Assembly: GCF_004363075.1 (NCBI RefSeq)
Contig: NZ_SNYN01000005.1
Span: 187,696 to 251,695, forward strand
Direction: 5' to 3'
Source: Actinorugispora endophytica
GTDB lineage: Bacteria > Actinomycetota > Actinomycetes > Streptosporangiales > Streptosporangiaceae
Length of the DNA: 64,000 nucleotides
This document shows positions 8,669 to 18,332 of the stretch, piece after piece. Made by a program: the position numbers and the translations under genes. Below the pieces are notes generated by a model that saw only the letters and a program-made list of their open reading frames with translations, was not told where the DNA came from and did no database searches. Position 1 is the first letter of the stretch. Every line of letters starts with the position of its first letter.

Positions 8669-9646
8669 GTGATGACTGAATGCGCGATCTACCGCGCGGG
8701 TGGGCGAGAACAGGTCGACGGTGACATCAGTGACGCGCTCGACGCGATCCTGCTCAAGGACGAGGACGCCTTCTGCTGGATCGACCTGCACGAACCCACC
8801 GAGGAGGAGTTCAAGCTCGCCTCGGAGGAGTTGAACCTGCACCCCCTCGCGGTGGAGGACGCGCTCAACTCCCACCAGCGTCCCAAACTGGAGCGGTACG
8901 ACAAGGTCGTGCTCGTCGTCATCAAGGCCCTGACCTATGACGAGGCCACCCAGGACGTCGAGGACGGCGAGATCCTGGTGTTCGTGGGCCGCAACTACGT
9001 GGTGACGGTCCGCCACGGCGACATCGACCCGCTCACCGCCGTCCGGCGCCGCCTCGAAGGCGATCCGGGACTGCTGTCCTTCGGCTCGCCGGTGGTGCTG
9101 TACGGGATCCTGGACGCGGTCGTGGACGAGTACGTGGAGATCGCCGACAAGGTGCAGGAGGCGGTCACCGGCCTGGAGGAGCGCGTGTTCGTCGTCGGCC
9201 GGGGAGCCCTGGCCGCCGACATCTACGCGCTGAAGCGCGAGGTGCTGCAGATGCACAACGCCGTCCAGCCGCTGCTTCCCGTCTGCAACACGCTGCTGGC
9301 CGGAGGGGTGGTGCGGCTCACGCCCGAGGCGGTGCCGTTCTTCCGCGACGTCGCCGACCACGCCACCCACGTCAACGCCAAGATCGAGTCCCTCAACGAG
9401 CTGCTCCCGCAGGTCCTGTCGGCCTACCTGGCCCAGGTCGGCATGCAGCAGAACGACGACGCCCGCAAGATCACCTCGTGGGCCGCGATCATGGCGGTGC
9501 CCACCATGGTCGCCGGTATCTACGGGATGAACTTCACCCACATGCCCGAGCTGAACGAGATGTGGGGCTACCCGATGGCGCTGGGGTTCATCGTGTTCTC
9601 CTGCGTGCTGCTGTTCGTGCTGTTCAAGCGGAGCAGATGGCTCTGA
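8669..9646 (+). CDS. corA: Magnesium/cobalt transporter CorA
   Basis: A cytoplasmic N-terminal domain is followed by 2 C-terminal TM segments with YGMNF (GMN motif) in the first TM loop. Confidence 0.85.
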   Translation: MMTECAIYRAGGREQVDGDISDALDAILLKDEDAFCWIDLHEPTEEEFKLASEELNLHPLAVEDALNSHQRPKLERYDKVVLVVIKALTYDEATQDVEDGEILVFVGRNYVVTVRHGDIDPLTAVRRRLEGDPGLLSFGSPVVLYGILDAVVDEYVEIADKVQEAVTGLEERVFVVGRGALAADIYALKREVLQMHNAVQPLLPVCNTLLAGGVVRLTPEAVPFFRDVADHATHVNAKIESLNELLPQVLSAYLAQVGMQQNDDARKITSWAAIMAVPTMVAGIYGMNFTHMPELNEMWGYPMALGFIVFSCVLLFVLFKRSRWL

Positions 9647-9686
9647 GGCCGTCGCGCCCCGCTCCGGACGGGCTTCCCGGGCGGGG

Positions 9687-10208
9687 CTACTCGGGGAGCC
9701 TGTCCGCGTGGTCGCTCAGCCAGGCGTCCACCTGGGCGCGCTCGTAGCCGCGCAGGGCGACGCGGAAGAGGCCGTCCTTTCGCAGCTGCTCCCGGGTGAC
9801 CGGGGGCCCGGCGGACGGGTCGCCGTCGATGGTGCCGAGGACGCGGCGGGTCAGCGTGTCGACCTGCCGCCGCTCGTAGCCGCGCAGCACCACGTCGAAC
9901 GCGGGCGACCACGGCCCGAGTCCCGGGATCAGGGGCTCCTCCTGGGGGGCGCCGCCGGGGGCCGGGGCGAGGTTGGCCGCGAACCAGTCGTCGACCTGCC
10001 GCCGCTCGTAGCCGCGCGCCACCACGTCGAACGCCGGGACGGCAGCGGGCGTGCCGCCGCCCATGACCTCGGCGACGGCCGCCTCCACCTGCGTGCGCTC
10101 GTAGCCGCGCGGCACCACGTCGAACTCCGGCGCCTGCCCGTCGCCCGGTCCGATATCGCCCATGGCTGCTCCTTTATCCGGTTTTGCCTTCTCTTTGTCG
10201 TTATCCAA
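9687..10208 (-). CDS. DivIVA-domain protein with four tandem F-D-V-V-x-R-G-Y-E-R-x-Q-V-D repeats
   Basis: Four copies of the DivIVA N-terminal motif (FDVVPRGYERTQVEAAV, FDVVARGYERRQVDDWF, FDVVLRGYERRQVDTL, FRVALRGYERAQVDAWL) separated by Pro/Gly-rich linkers. Confidence 0.6.
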   Translation of the reverse strand: MDNDKEKAKPDKGAAMGDIGPGDGQAPEFDVVPRGYERTQVEAAVAEVMGGGTPAAVPAFDVVARGYERRQVDDWFAANLAPAPGGAPQEEPLIPGLGPWSPAFDVVLRGYERRQVDTLTRRVLGTIDGDPSAGPPVTREQLRKDGLFRVALRGYERAQVDAWLSDHADRLPE

Positions 10209-10277
10209 CCATGAACAGTGTCGTCGGAGTGGATACCCGTCCGCGGACCGGCCCCGACGCGGGGAGGGGGGAGAAGT

Positions 10278-10466
10278 TCAGCTCTCGGGGGTGTCGTTCT
10301 TGCTCTTCGCCACGGCGGCGGTCATGGCCGCACCGCTGCCGGAGCCGAGCGCGACCCCGAGCGCGAGCCCCAGCGCCAGGTTGTCCAGGGCGAGACCCAA
10401 CGCGACGCCGGTGGCCAGTCCGGTGCCGATGCCGATGGAGAACGCGCTCGCCATGTTTATTTTCAT
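10278..10466 (-). CDS. Small Gly/Ala-rich membrane peptide (possibly YeaQ/YmgE/GlsB-like)
   Basis: 62 aa of G/A/L-rich hydrophobic sequence with a basic/acidic tail. GGAGG lies 5 nt upstream of the ATG. Confidence 0.35.
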   Translation of the reverse strand: MKINMASAFSIGIGTGLATGVALGLALDNLALGLALGVALGSGSGAAMTAAVAKSKNDTPES

Positions 10467-10605
10467 TGGACCTCCGTGTGCGGTGATTTGTCATGGTTCG
10501 ACGGACGCGCCGCTTATCCGGTTCCCGCTCCCCGTCGCGGGTCCGCCGGCACGGGGGCCCGCCGTGCCGGTCCCCGCAGCGGTCCGGACACGGCAGGCTG
10601 GGGGC

Positions 10606-11331
10606 ATGGGATACCGATACGCGACCGACCGCGAGGACCACACGGATCTGGCCAGCGGACAGGTGCTGCGGTCCGCGCCCGGGTACCCGGGGTTCCCGGT
10701 GCGGCTCGGTTCGGAGCTGGCGCAGCGGGCGATGGCGCGGCTGCCGTCGCGTCCGCTCGTCCTGTGGGACCCGTGCTGCGGCAGCGGCTACCTCGCCACC
10801 GTCGTCGGGCTGCTGCACCGGGACCGGCTGGCACGCGTGCTGGCATCGGACGTCGACGCGGAGGCGGTGCGGCTGGCCGGGCGCAACCTCCGGCTGCTGA
10901 CCGCCGAGGGGCTGGCGGAACGGGCGGCCGAGGCGCGCGGGCGGGCCGCCGGGTTCGGCAAGCCGTCCTACCTGGCCGTGGCCGAGAGCGCGGACCGCCT
11001 CGCGCGCGGGCTCGCCGAGCGCGGCGGGGACCTGGCGCACACGGTGGAGCGGGCCGACGCGTTCGCTCCTTCCGGTCCCCCCGTCCCCGTCGACCTGGTC
11101 CTGACCGACGTCCCCTACGGCGACCTCACGCACTGGTCGGGCGCCCGCCCCGACGCCGAGCCGGTTCCCGCCCTGCTGCGCGCGCTCGCGGCGGTCCTGC
11201 CCGACCACGCGGTGCTCGCCGTGACCGCGCGGACCCGCCGGGTCCCCCTCCCCGGGGGCGTGCCCGCCCTGGAGCGGGCCCGGGTGGGAAACCGCGCGGC
11301 CGTCCTGGTGCGGGCGTCCGACCTGCGCTGA
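10606..11331 (+). CDS. Putative class I SAM-dependent methyltransferase (N6-adenine/N-methyltransferase-like, DVPYG motif)
   Basis: LWDPCCGSGYLATVVG resembles the G-rich motif I and LVLTDVPYGDLTHW resembles the (D/N)PPY-like motif IV. Start placed at MGYRY. Confidence 0.55.
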   Translation: MGYRYATDREDHTDLASGQVLRSAPGYPGFPVRLGSELAQRAMARLPSRPLVLWDPCCGSGYLATVVGLLHRDRLARVLASDVDAEAVRLAGRNLRLLTAEGLAERAAEARGRAAGFGKPSYLAVAESADRLARGLAERGGDLAHTVERADAFAPSGPPVPVDLVLTDVPYGDLTHWSGARPDAEPVPALLRALAAVLPDHAVLAVTARTRRVPLPGGVPALERARVGNRAAVLVRASDLR

Positions 11332-11526
11332 CCCGGAGCCGCGCCCGCGCTCCGCAGGGCCCCGAACGGCCGGCGGCCGACGATGTTCGTCCGGCCGGCC
11401 GTCCTTCGGGCGTGTTCCGGGCAAGCCGAAAACGTTGTTTTCGGGATAAATGTGATTCACGGTGTGAAAGGGGCCAGTAGGCTTTCCCCCCGTCGAAAAC
11501 ACAGGCAACCGTGGAGCGGAGCGTCT

Positions 11527-12303
11527 TTGATCGCGCGGGAACGCGTCCGGGTCTTCGTGGACGCGCGCTGGTTCCAATCGACCATCATCACCCTGATCCT
11601 GGTCAACGGGCTGGTGCTGGGTGCGGAGACCTCGCCCGGGGTGATGGCCGAGCACGGCGTCATGCTGCACCTCGTGGACGTCACGGTCCTCTCGGTGTTC
11701 GTCCTCGAACTCGCGCTGCGCGTCTTCGCCTACCGGGGGGACTTCTTCCGGGATCCGTGGAACTGGTTCGACGTGGTCATCGTCGGCATCGCGCTGCTGC
11801 CCACGTCGGGCCCGTTCGCGGTGCTGCGGGTCCTCCGGGTGCTGCGCGTGCTCCGGCTGCTGTCGGTGATCCCCACCCTCCGGCACGTCGTCGCGGGCCT
11901 GCTCAAGGCGCTGCCGGGGATGGCCTCCATCGCGCTTCTGGTGGGGCTGCTGCTGTACGTGGCCGCGGTGATGGCCACCACGCTGTTCCAGGACATCTCC
12001 CCCGAGTACTTCGGCGACCTGTCCAGCTCGCTGATCACCCTGTTCCAGATCATGACGGGGGACGGCTGGGGCGACATGGCCAAGACCGTGACCGAGCACC
12101 ACCCCTGGGCCTGGTTCTTCTTCGTCTGCTACATCCTCGCCTCCACCTTCATCGCCCTGAACCTCTTCATCGCGGTGGCCGTGGAGGCGCTGGAGCACGA
12201 GGCCGACGAGGACAAGGAGGAGGCCGACTCCCAGCACGCCGAACTCCTCGCCGAGCTGCGCGCCCTGCGCGCCGAGGTCGCCGCGATGCGCGAACGCGCC
12301 TGA
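11527..12303 (+). CDS. Voltage-gated ion channel, single 6-TM domain (ion-transport family; start uncertain)
   Basis: The S4 segment carries an R-x-x repeat (VLRVLRVLRVLRLL), the pore region reads TLFQIMTGDGWGDM, and the C-terminal tail is coiled-coil. Confidence 0.65.
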   Translation: MIARERVRVFVDARWFQSTIITLILVNGLVLGAETSPGVMAEHGVMLHLVDVTVLSVFVLELALRVFAYRGDFFRDPWNWFDVVIVGIALLPTSGPFAVLRVLRVLRVLRLLSVIPTLRHVVAGLLKALPGMASIALLVGLLLYVAAVMATTLFQDISPEYFGDLSSSLITLFQIMTGDGWGDMAKTVTEHHPWAWFFFVCYILASTFIALNLFIAVAVEALEHEADEDKEEADSQHAELLAELRALRAEVAAMRERA

Positions 12304-12589
12304 GGGGCTTCGGGAACGCCCACTCCCCGACCCTCGGAATACCCCTTGGGGGTATGGTGGTTCGTGAGGGGGAGAACCGAGGCCGTGGTCGGGGCGGGAG
12401 CCCCTGGGAGGAAGGTGCGGTTGTGGGCGTTCTGGGAAGGCTGGGGGTCTACGGGCTGGTGCTCGTGGCCGGGTTCGGGGGCGCGTTCTGGGTGGGGGCG
12501 CTGGTCGGGCCGGTCGTGCCCGAACCCCCGGCCGCGCACGAGCAGGAGCAGGTCCGGCACGAGGACTCGGGTTCGCACGAGGAGGCGCG

Positions 12590-14842
12590 ATGAGCGGCGG
12601 AACGGCGACGGACCGGGTCGAACTGGCCATCGGCGGCATGACCTGCGCGTCGTGTGCCAACCGGGTCGAACGCAAGCTCAACAAGCTCGACGGCGTGACC
12701 GCGAGCGTCAACTACGCCACCGAGAAGGCGCGGGTCGAGTACGGCGGTGACGTCACCACCGACGACCTGATCGCCCAGGTCGAGAAGGCCGGGTACACCG
12801 CCGCGCTGCCCCGGCCGCCCCGGTCCGAGGACGCCGGGAGCGGCGCCGCCGAGGCGGACCCCGTCGGGGCCCTGCGCACCCGGCTCGTCGTCAGCGCGCT
12901 GCTCTCCGCACCCGTCGTCGCCATGGCGATGGTCCCGGCGCTGCAGTTCACCTACTGGCAGTGGGCGTCGCTGACCCTGGCCGCCCCGGTCCTGGTGTGG
13001 GGCGCGCTGCCGTTCCACGCCGCCGCGTGGAAGAACCTCAGGCTCGGCGAGGCCACCATGGACACCCTCGTGTCCATGGGCACCCTGGCCGCCTTCGCGT
13101 GGTCGCTGTACGCGCTGTTCCTGGGGAGCGCGGGCGTCCCCGGGATGACGCACCCGTTCGAGTTCACCATCGCGCGCGTGGACGGCTCCGCCAACATCTA
13201 CCTGGAGGTCGCCGCCGGGGTCACCACCTTCATCCTGGCCGGGCGCTACTTCGAGGCCCGCTCCAAGCGCAGGGCCGGGGCGGCGCTGCGCGCCCTCATG
13301 GAACTCGGCGCCAAGGAGGTGTCCCGCCTGCGCGACGGCCGCGAGGAGCGCGTCAGCGTGGACGCCCTCGCCGTCGGGGACCGCTTCGTGGTCCGCCCCG
13401 GGGAGAAGATCGCCACCGACGGCGCCGTCACCGAGGGCACGTCCGCCGTCGACATGAGCATGCTCACCGGTGAGTCCGTGCCGGTCGAGGTCGGTCCCGG
13501 AGACACCGTCGCGGGCGCCACCGTCAACGCGGGCGGCCGGATCGTCGTGCGCGCCACCCGCGTGGGCTCCGACACCCGGCTCGCCCAGATGGCCCGCCTG
13601 GTGGAGGAGGCGCAGAGCGGCAAGGCCGAGATCCAGCGCCTCGCCGACCGCGTCTCGGGCGTGTTCGTCCCGGTCGTGATCGTCCTGGCCGTGGCCACGC
13701 TCGGCTTCTGGCTGGGCACGGGCGGCCCGGTGGCGGCCGCGTTCACCGCCGCCGTCGCGGTGCTCATCATCGCCTGCCCGTGCGCCCTGGGCCTGGCCAC
13801 CCCCACCGCGCTGCTGGTGGGGACGGGTCGCGGCGCCCAGCTCGGCATCCTCGTCAAGGGCCCCGAGGTCCTGGAGAGCACCCGCCGCGTCGACACGGTC
13901 GTGCTCGACAAGACCGGCACCGTCACCACCGGCCGCATGACGCTGACCGGTGTGCGCACCGCCGACGGCGAGGACGAGGCCGAGGTGCTGCGCCTGGCGG
14001 GGGCGGTGGAGAACGCCTCCGAGCACCCCGTCGCCCAGGCGGTCGCGCGCGGCGCGGCCGAGCGGACCGGCCGACTCGAACCGGTGTCGGACTTCGCGAG
14101 CACCGAGGGCCTGGGGGTGCACGGGGTGGTGGACGGCCACGCCGTCGTCGTGGGGCGGGCCGCGCTGCTGGCCGAGTGGTCCGTCACCCTGCCCGAGGAG
14201 CTGGAGAGGGCCAAGGCCGACGCCGAGGCCGGGGGCGCCACCGCGGTCGCGGTCGGCTGGGACGGGCGCGCCCGCGCGGTCCTGACCGTCGCCGACGCGG
14301 TCAAGCCGACCAGTGCCCGGGCCGTCGGGCAGCTCCGCTCCCTGGGACTCACCCCGATCCTGCTCACCGGCGACAACGAGGCGGTGGCGCGCTCGGTGGC
14401 CGCGCGGGTCGGCATCGAGCAGGTCATCGCGGAGGTGCTGCCCGCGGACAAGGTGGACGTGGTCAAGCGGCTCCAGGACGAGGGGCGGACCGTCGCGATG
14501 GTCGGCGACGGCGTGAACGACGCCGCGGCCCTGGCGCAGGCCGACCTCGGCCTGGCGATGGGGACCGGCACCGACGCCGCGATCGAGGCGGGCGACCTCA
14601 CCCTGGTCCGCGGCGACCTGCGCGCCGCCGCCGACGCCATCCGGCTGTCCCGCCGCACCCTGGGCATCATCAGGGGCAACCTGTTCTGGGCCTTCGCCTA
14701 CAACGTGGCCGCCCTGCCGCTGGCCGCGGCGGGTCTGCTCAACCCCATGATCGCGGGTGCGGCCATGGCGTTCTCCAGCGTCTTCGTCGTCAGCAACAGC
14801 CTTCGGCTGCGCGGATTCAAGCCGATGGACGACGCCTCCTGA
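12590..14842 (+). CDS. copA: Copper-translocating P1B-type ATPase with an N-terminal HMA domain
   Basis: [15 protein letters not shown] (HMA), CPC in TM6, [21 protein letters not shown]. Confidence 0.9.
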   Translation: MSGGTATDRVELAIGGMTCASCANRVERKLNKLDGVTASVNYATEKARVEYGGDVTTDDLIAQVEKAGYTAALPRPPRSEDAGSGAAEADPVGALRTRLVVSALLSAPVVAMAMVPALQFTYWQWASLTLAAPVLVWGALPFHAAAWKNLRLGEATMDTLVSMGTLAAFAWSLYALFLGSAGVPGMTHPFEFTIARVDGSANIYLEVAAGVTTFILAGRYFEARSKRRAGAALRALMELGAKEVSRLRDGREERVSVDALAVGDRFVVRPGEKIATDGAVTEGTSAVDMSMLTGESVPVEVGPGDTVAGATVNAGGRIVVRATRVGSDTRLAQMARLVEEAQSGKAEIQRLADRVSGVFVPVVIVLAVATLGFWLGTGGPVAAAFTAAVAVLIIACPCALGLATPTALLVGTGRGAQLGILVKGPEVLESTRRVDTVVLDKTGTVTTGRMTLTGVRTADGEDEAEVLRLAGAVENASEHPVAQAVARGAAERTGRLEPVSDFASTEGLGVHGVVDGHAVVVGRAALLAEWSVTLPEELERAKADAEAGGATAVAVGWDGRARAVLTVADAVKPTSARAVGQLRSLGLTPILLTGDNEAVARSVAARVGIEQVIAEVLPADKVDVVKRLQDEGRTVAMVGDGVNDAAALAQADLGLAMGTGTDAAIEAGDLTLVRGDLRAAADAIRLSRRTLGIIRGNLFWAFAYNVAALPLAAAGLLNPMIAGAAMAFSSVFVVSNSLRLRGFKPMDDAS

Positions 14843-14899
14843 GGCCCCGGAGGGCGCGGGCGTCCGGGCACCGGTGGAGACCCGGTGCCCGGACGCGGA

Positions 14900-15544
14900 T
14901 CAGACCGGGCGGGCCGGCGGGCGGTCCTCACCGGTGATCCACGTGTACACCGCCGCCGCGGTCGACTCGACCGGGGCGGTGGTGGTGTCCAGCAGGGACA
15001 GCGGCGGGGACAGCCGCTCGGCGTTCTCGTCGATCCAGGCCGCGTACTCCAGCATCTCCGCGATACGCGGCTCGTCCCACTGGCGCCAGGCCGGGCGGTT
15101 CCGCAACCGCTCGGCCAGCACGTCCGGATCGCAGACCAGGGACAGGTAGCGGATCTCGGAGAACAGCGCGCGCTCGGGCAGCGGCTCGAACTCGGGCGGC
15201 GCGACCGTGCCGCACAGCACCGCGGGACGGCCGCTCTGGTGGATCATCGCGATCATCCGCAGCCAGGCCGAACGGAACAGCCGGTGGTCGTCCGCGGGGT
15301 CGCGGAGCCCGGCCAGCCACAGCACGTCCTGTTCGAGCAGCACGTACCGGTCCGCCAGCCAGGGCGCCAGAAGTCGGGCGACCGTCGACTTCCCGGTGCC
15401 GCTGGGGCCGGTCACGCAGTACACCGGCAACCGCAGGAACGGCTGCCGGTGGCCGCAGTCGGCACAGCAGACCACGGGGCCGTCGGGATCGACCACAGGG
15501 ACATCGGTGCGCGCGCCGCAGCGCGCGCAGATCAACAGGTTCAC
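14900..15544 (-). CDS. P-loop NTPase/kinase-like protein with an N-terminal zinc ribbon
   Basis: CARCG...CCADCG Cys pairs are followed by a Walker A motif (GPSGTGKST). Confidence 0.55.
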   Translation of the reverse strand: MNLLICARCGARTDVPVVDPDGPVVCCADCGHRQPFLRLPVYCVTGPSGTGKSTVARLLAPWLADRYVLLEQDVLWLAGLRDPADDHRLFRSAWLRMIAMIHQSGRPAVLCGTVAPPEFEPLPERALFSEIRYLSLVCDPDVLAERLRNRPAWRQWDEPRIAEMLEYAAWIDENAERLSPPLSLLDTTTAPVESTAAAVYTWITGEDRPPARPV

Positions 15545-15559
15545 TGGAAGCCGGTCGAA

Positions 15560-15898
15560 TCAGTCGAAGAGGTCTTCCAGGAAACTCTTGCGACGCTTCT
15601 GGTGGCCGTACGGGCGGGGTGAGTCGGAGTAGCCGTACGGGCCGGGGGAGTCGGGACGGCCCCGGTAGGGCTTGGGCGAGTCGGGCCGGTGGTGGTAGCC
15701 CGGAGCGGGCGCGCCGTAGGGCGCGGCCGCGGCCGGGGGCGGCGGGGGCGGTGCGGTGTAGTGGCGCTGCTCGGCGGCGGCGATCTGCTCCATCTCACCG
15801 GCGTCGAGGAAGACCCCGCGGCAGCGCTCGCACTGGTCGATGTGGACGCCCATGCGGTCGTAGGTGTGCATTCGGCCTTGGCATTTGGGACAAGTCAC
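15560..15898 (-). CDS. TFIIB-type zinc-ribbon protein with a Pro/Tyr-rich tail
   Basis: MTCPKCQGRMHTYDRMGVHIDQCERCRGVFLD, followed by PYG/PYR repeats. Confidence 0.6.
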   Translation of the reverse strand: MTCPKCQGRMHTYDRMGVHIDQCERCRGVFLDAGEMEQIAAAEQRHYTAPPPPPPAAAAPYGAPAPGYHHRPDSPKPYRGRPDSPGPYGYSDSPRPYGHQKRRKSFLEDLFD

Positions 15899-16135
15899 GA
15901 GCCCATGTTACGCAAGGGAGCGGTCAAGGGGGGCTAAGTAGGCGGGCGGGTTGATCACGAGGTGCTTTCCCGGGCGCCGTTCACCGAGGATCGGCAGGTC
16001 GCGAGGGTGGACGGGGCCGGAAAGGGGCGAAGACACCCCGGCTGGGGCGTTCGCGATGTCCTGCGGCCTTCTAAAATCCGAAGTTGGCGCTGTGCCGGTG
16101 TGGCCGCGCTCGTCTCCGGACCGAGGAAGCCGCCC

Positions 16136-17839
16136 ATGAGCACTGAACCCCCCGAGCCCTCCGATTCCCCCGAGCCTCCGGATCTCCTCCTCTCCGGTCG
16201 GTACCGGTTGTCCCGACTCATCGGCGAGGGCGGGATGGGGCGCGTCTGGGAGGGCGTCGACGAACTCCTGGACCGGCCGGTGGCCATCAAGGAGCTCACC
16301 ATCAACGAGCACCTGCCCCCCAGGGAGATCGAGGTGATGCGGGCGCGGATGCTGCGCGAGGCCCGCAGCGCCGCCCAGCTCAGCCACCCGTCGATCATCA
16401 CCGTGTTCGACGTGGTGGAGAAGGACGGCTTCCCGTGGATCGTCATGGAGCTCGTCCGGGGGCAGTCCCTCAGCGAGATCATCAAGGAGCAGGGGTCCAT
16501 CAGCCCCGAGCGCGCCGCGAACATCGGCCTCCAGGTGGCGGCGGGCCTGGCGGTCGCGCACCAGCGCGGGATCGTGCACCGCGACATCAAGCCCGGCAAC
16601 GTGCTCGTGGCCAAGGGCGACCGCGCGGTCCTCACGGACTTCGGCATCGCCCGTCTGGAGGGCAGCAGCCGCCTCACCCGCACCGGGAACCTCCTGGGAT
16701 CGCCCAGCTACCTCGCGCCCGAGCAGGCGCGGGGCGAGGCCGCCGGGCCGGCCACCGACATGTGGTCGCTCGGCACCACCCTGTACGCGGCGGTGCACGG
16801 CTCCCCGCCGTTCCAGCGCTCCACCCCGATGGCGACGCTCACCGCGGTCGTGGTCGACGACGTGCCCCCGCCCCTCAAGGCGGGCCCGCTGCGGCCGCTC
16901 CTGGAGGAGCTGCTCGACAAGGACCCGGAGGGGCGGCCCACCGTCCACGAGGCCGCCGAGACGCTCCAGCAGATCGTCATGGAGGCGCCGCGCGGGGCGC
17001 TGGCCGCCCCCGAACCGCCGGTCCGGGCGGAGCGGACCATGACCATCCCGGTGGGGTCCGTGGCGGCGGAGCCCGAGGTCTCGGAGAACACCGACTCGCT
17101 GCCCGTCCTGCCGCCGGGGAAGGGGCGCGGCGGTGGCGGGCTCGGCCTCCTCGCCCTGACCGGGCTGGCGGTGCTGGTGGTGGCGGCGGTGATCGCGGCC
17201 GTGGTGCTCCTGGTCCCCCCTGCCGGCGGCGCCGACCCCGGCGGGTCGGACCCCGGTGGGGCGGAACCGTCCACCGGGGCCGTGCCCGAGGAGTCGCGGT
17301 CCGCGGTGGAGTCGGCCCCCGAGTCGTCCGCTCCGCCCGAGCCCAGCCCTGAGGGAGAGGAGGCGGACGACGACGAGGAGGAGGACGACTACAGCGGTCC
17401 GCCGCTGGACCGGCACGAGGACTCCACCGGCTTCTCCCTCGACGTCCCCGAGGACTGGGACGTCGACCGCGAGGGCAGCAGCGTCTTCTTCCGCAACCCC
17501 GACGGCGGCTACCTCCAGGTCGACCAGACCGACTCCCCGGGGCCCGACGCCAAGGCGGACTGGGAGGTCCAGGAGCAGGGCGCCGGGGGGCGCTTCCCGA
17601 ACTACGACCTGATCGGGATCGAGGACGTCGACGACGCCTCCATGGACCGCTACGCCACCGCCGCCGACTGGGAGTTCACCTTCACCAGCGGCGACCGCGA
17701 GATGCACGCGGTGAACCGGGGCTTCCACACCGAGGAGAAGGGCTACGCGCTGTTCCTGGTGTACCCGGAGGACGACTGGGAGGACACCGGGGCCGAGATC
17801 CTCGACAGGATGTCCGAGAGCTTCGAACCGGCGGCCTGA
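16136..17839 (+). CDS. Ser/Thr protein kinase with TM and an extracytoplasmic C-terminal domain
   Basis: The ATG at 16136 is preceded by GAGGAAG. Hanks motifs are present: GEGGMGRVW, AIK, HRDIKPGN, DFG, SPSYLAPE. A TM helix lies near residues 350-375. Confidence 0.85.
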   Translation: MSTEPPEPSDSPEPPDLLLSGRYRLSRLIGEGGMGRVWEGVDELLDRPVAIKELTINEHLPPREIEVMRARMLREARSAAQLSHPSIITVFDVVEKDGFPWIVMELVRGQSLSEIIKEQGSISPERAANIGLQVAAGLAVAHQRGIVHRDIKPGNVLVAKGDRAVLTDFGIARLEGSSRLTRTGNLLGSPSYLAPEQARGEAAGPATDMWSLGTTLYAAVHGSPPFQRSTPMATLTAVVVDDVPPPLKAGPLRPLLEELLDKDPEGRPTVHEAAETLQQIVMEAPRGALAAPEPPVRAERTMTIPVGSVAAEPEVSENTDSLPVLPPGKGRGGGGLGLLALTGLAVLVVAAVIAAVVLLVPPAGGADPGGSDPGGAEPSTGAVPEESRSAVESAPESSAPPEPSPEGEEADDDEEEDDYSGPPLDRHEDSTGFSLDVPEDWDVDREGSSVFFRNPDGGYLQVDQTDSPGPDAKADWEVQEQGAGGRFPNYDLIGIEDVDDASMDRYATAADWEFTFTSGDREMHAVNRGFHTEEKGYALFLVYPEDDWEDTGAEILDRMSESFEPAA

Positions 17840-17864
17840 CAAGCCGGGCGGGGAGCAGGGCGAA

Positions 17865-17899
17865 GGGCCGGGACGCCCGCACGCGTCCCGGCCCTTCTA
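17865..17899 (+). terminator. Terminator hairpin after the kinase gene
   Basis: GGGCCGGGACGCccgcaGCGTCCCGGCCC followed by TTCTAT. Confidence 0.5.
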
Positions 17900-18149
17900 T
17901 GGGGGGCTCAGCCTCAGGGCGAGCCGTTCCGGGTAAGTGTTCGGCCGCCGGACCGGGTCCGGCGGGCTCCCTCCGTGGTGTGAACGGTGGCCGCCCGGGT
18001 GGGAGGAGTGGGAGGACGGCCACCGCACAACGAGGGGATCTGTCGTCGACTTTTTGGGAGCGCTCCCAAGTGGTCGGTTCCCATTATTTGTGACTTGCTT
18101 CATATATGTCAATGGGTCCCGTGGGTCCGCTTTACGAGGATTTCGTTGA

Positions 18150-18330
18150 CGGTCGTGGGCTTTCTGCCCGTTTCGGGGCCTTGAAGGGCGGAAAGCCCGT
18201 GATCATTCCGGGTGGGAGCGGGGCCGGCCCGCACCCGCCGCCGCCCGCCGTGACCTCGCGATCCGCGTGGCGAGAGGCCGAAGGACCCACCCGAAGCACC
18301 GGTGCGCGAAACACCCCCGCGCCGGCGCCT
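18150..18330. repeat. Intergenic repeat element, copy B (same family as 7875-8095)
   Basis: GGGCTTTCTGCCC...GGGCGGAAAGCCC-GTGATCATTCC, then GTGACCTCGCGATCCGCGTGGCGAGAGGCCGAAGGACCCACCCGAAGCACCGGTGCGCGAAACACCCCCGC. The hairpin-plus-ATGATCAT module is inverted relative to copy A. Confidence 0.6.
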
Positions 18331-18332
18331 CC

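Noticed and set aside
10201-14140. Long minus-strand ORFs (10201..12711, 12449..14140) antisense to the methyltransferase, ion-channel and copA genes
   Set aside because: Antisense to genes with clear motifs; low-complexity translations.
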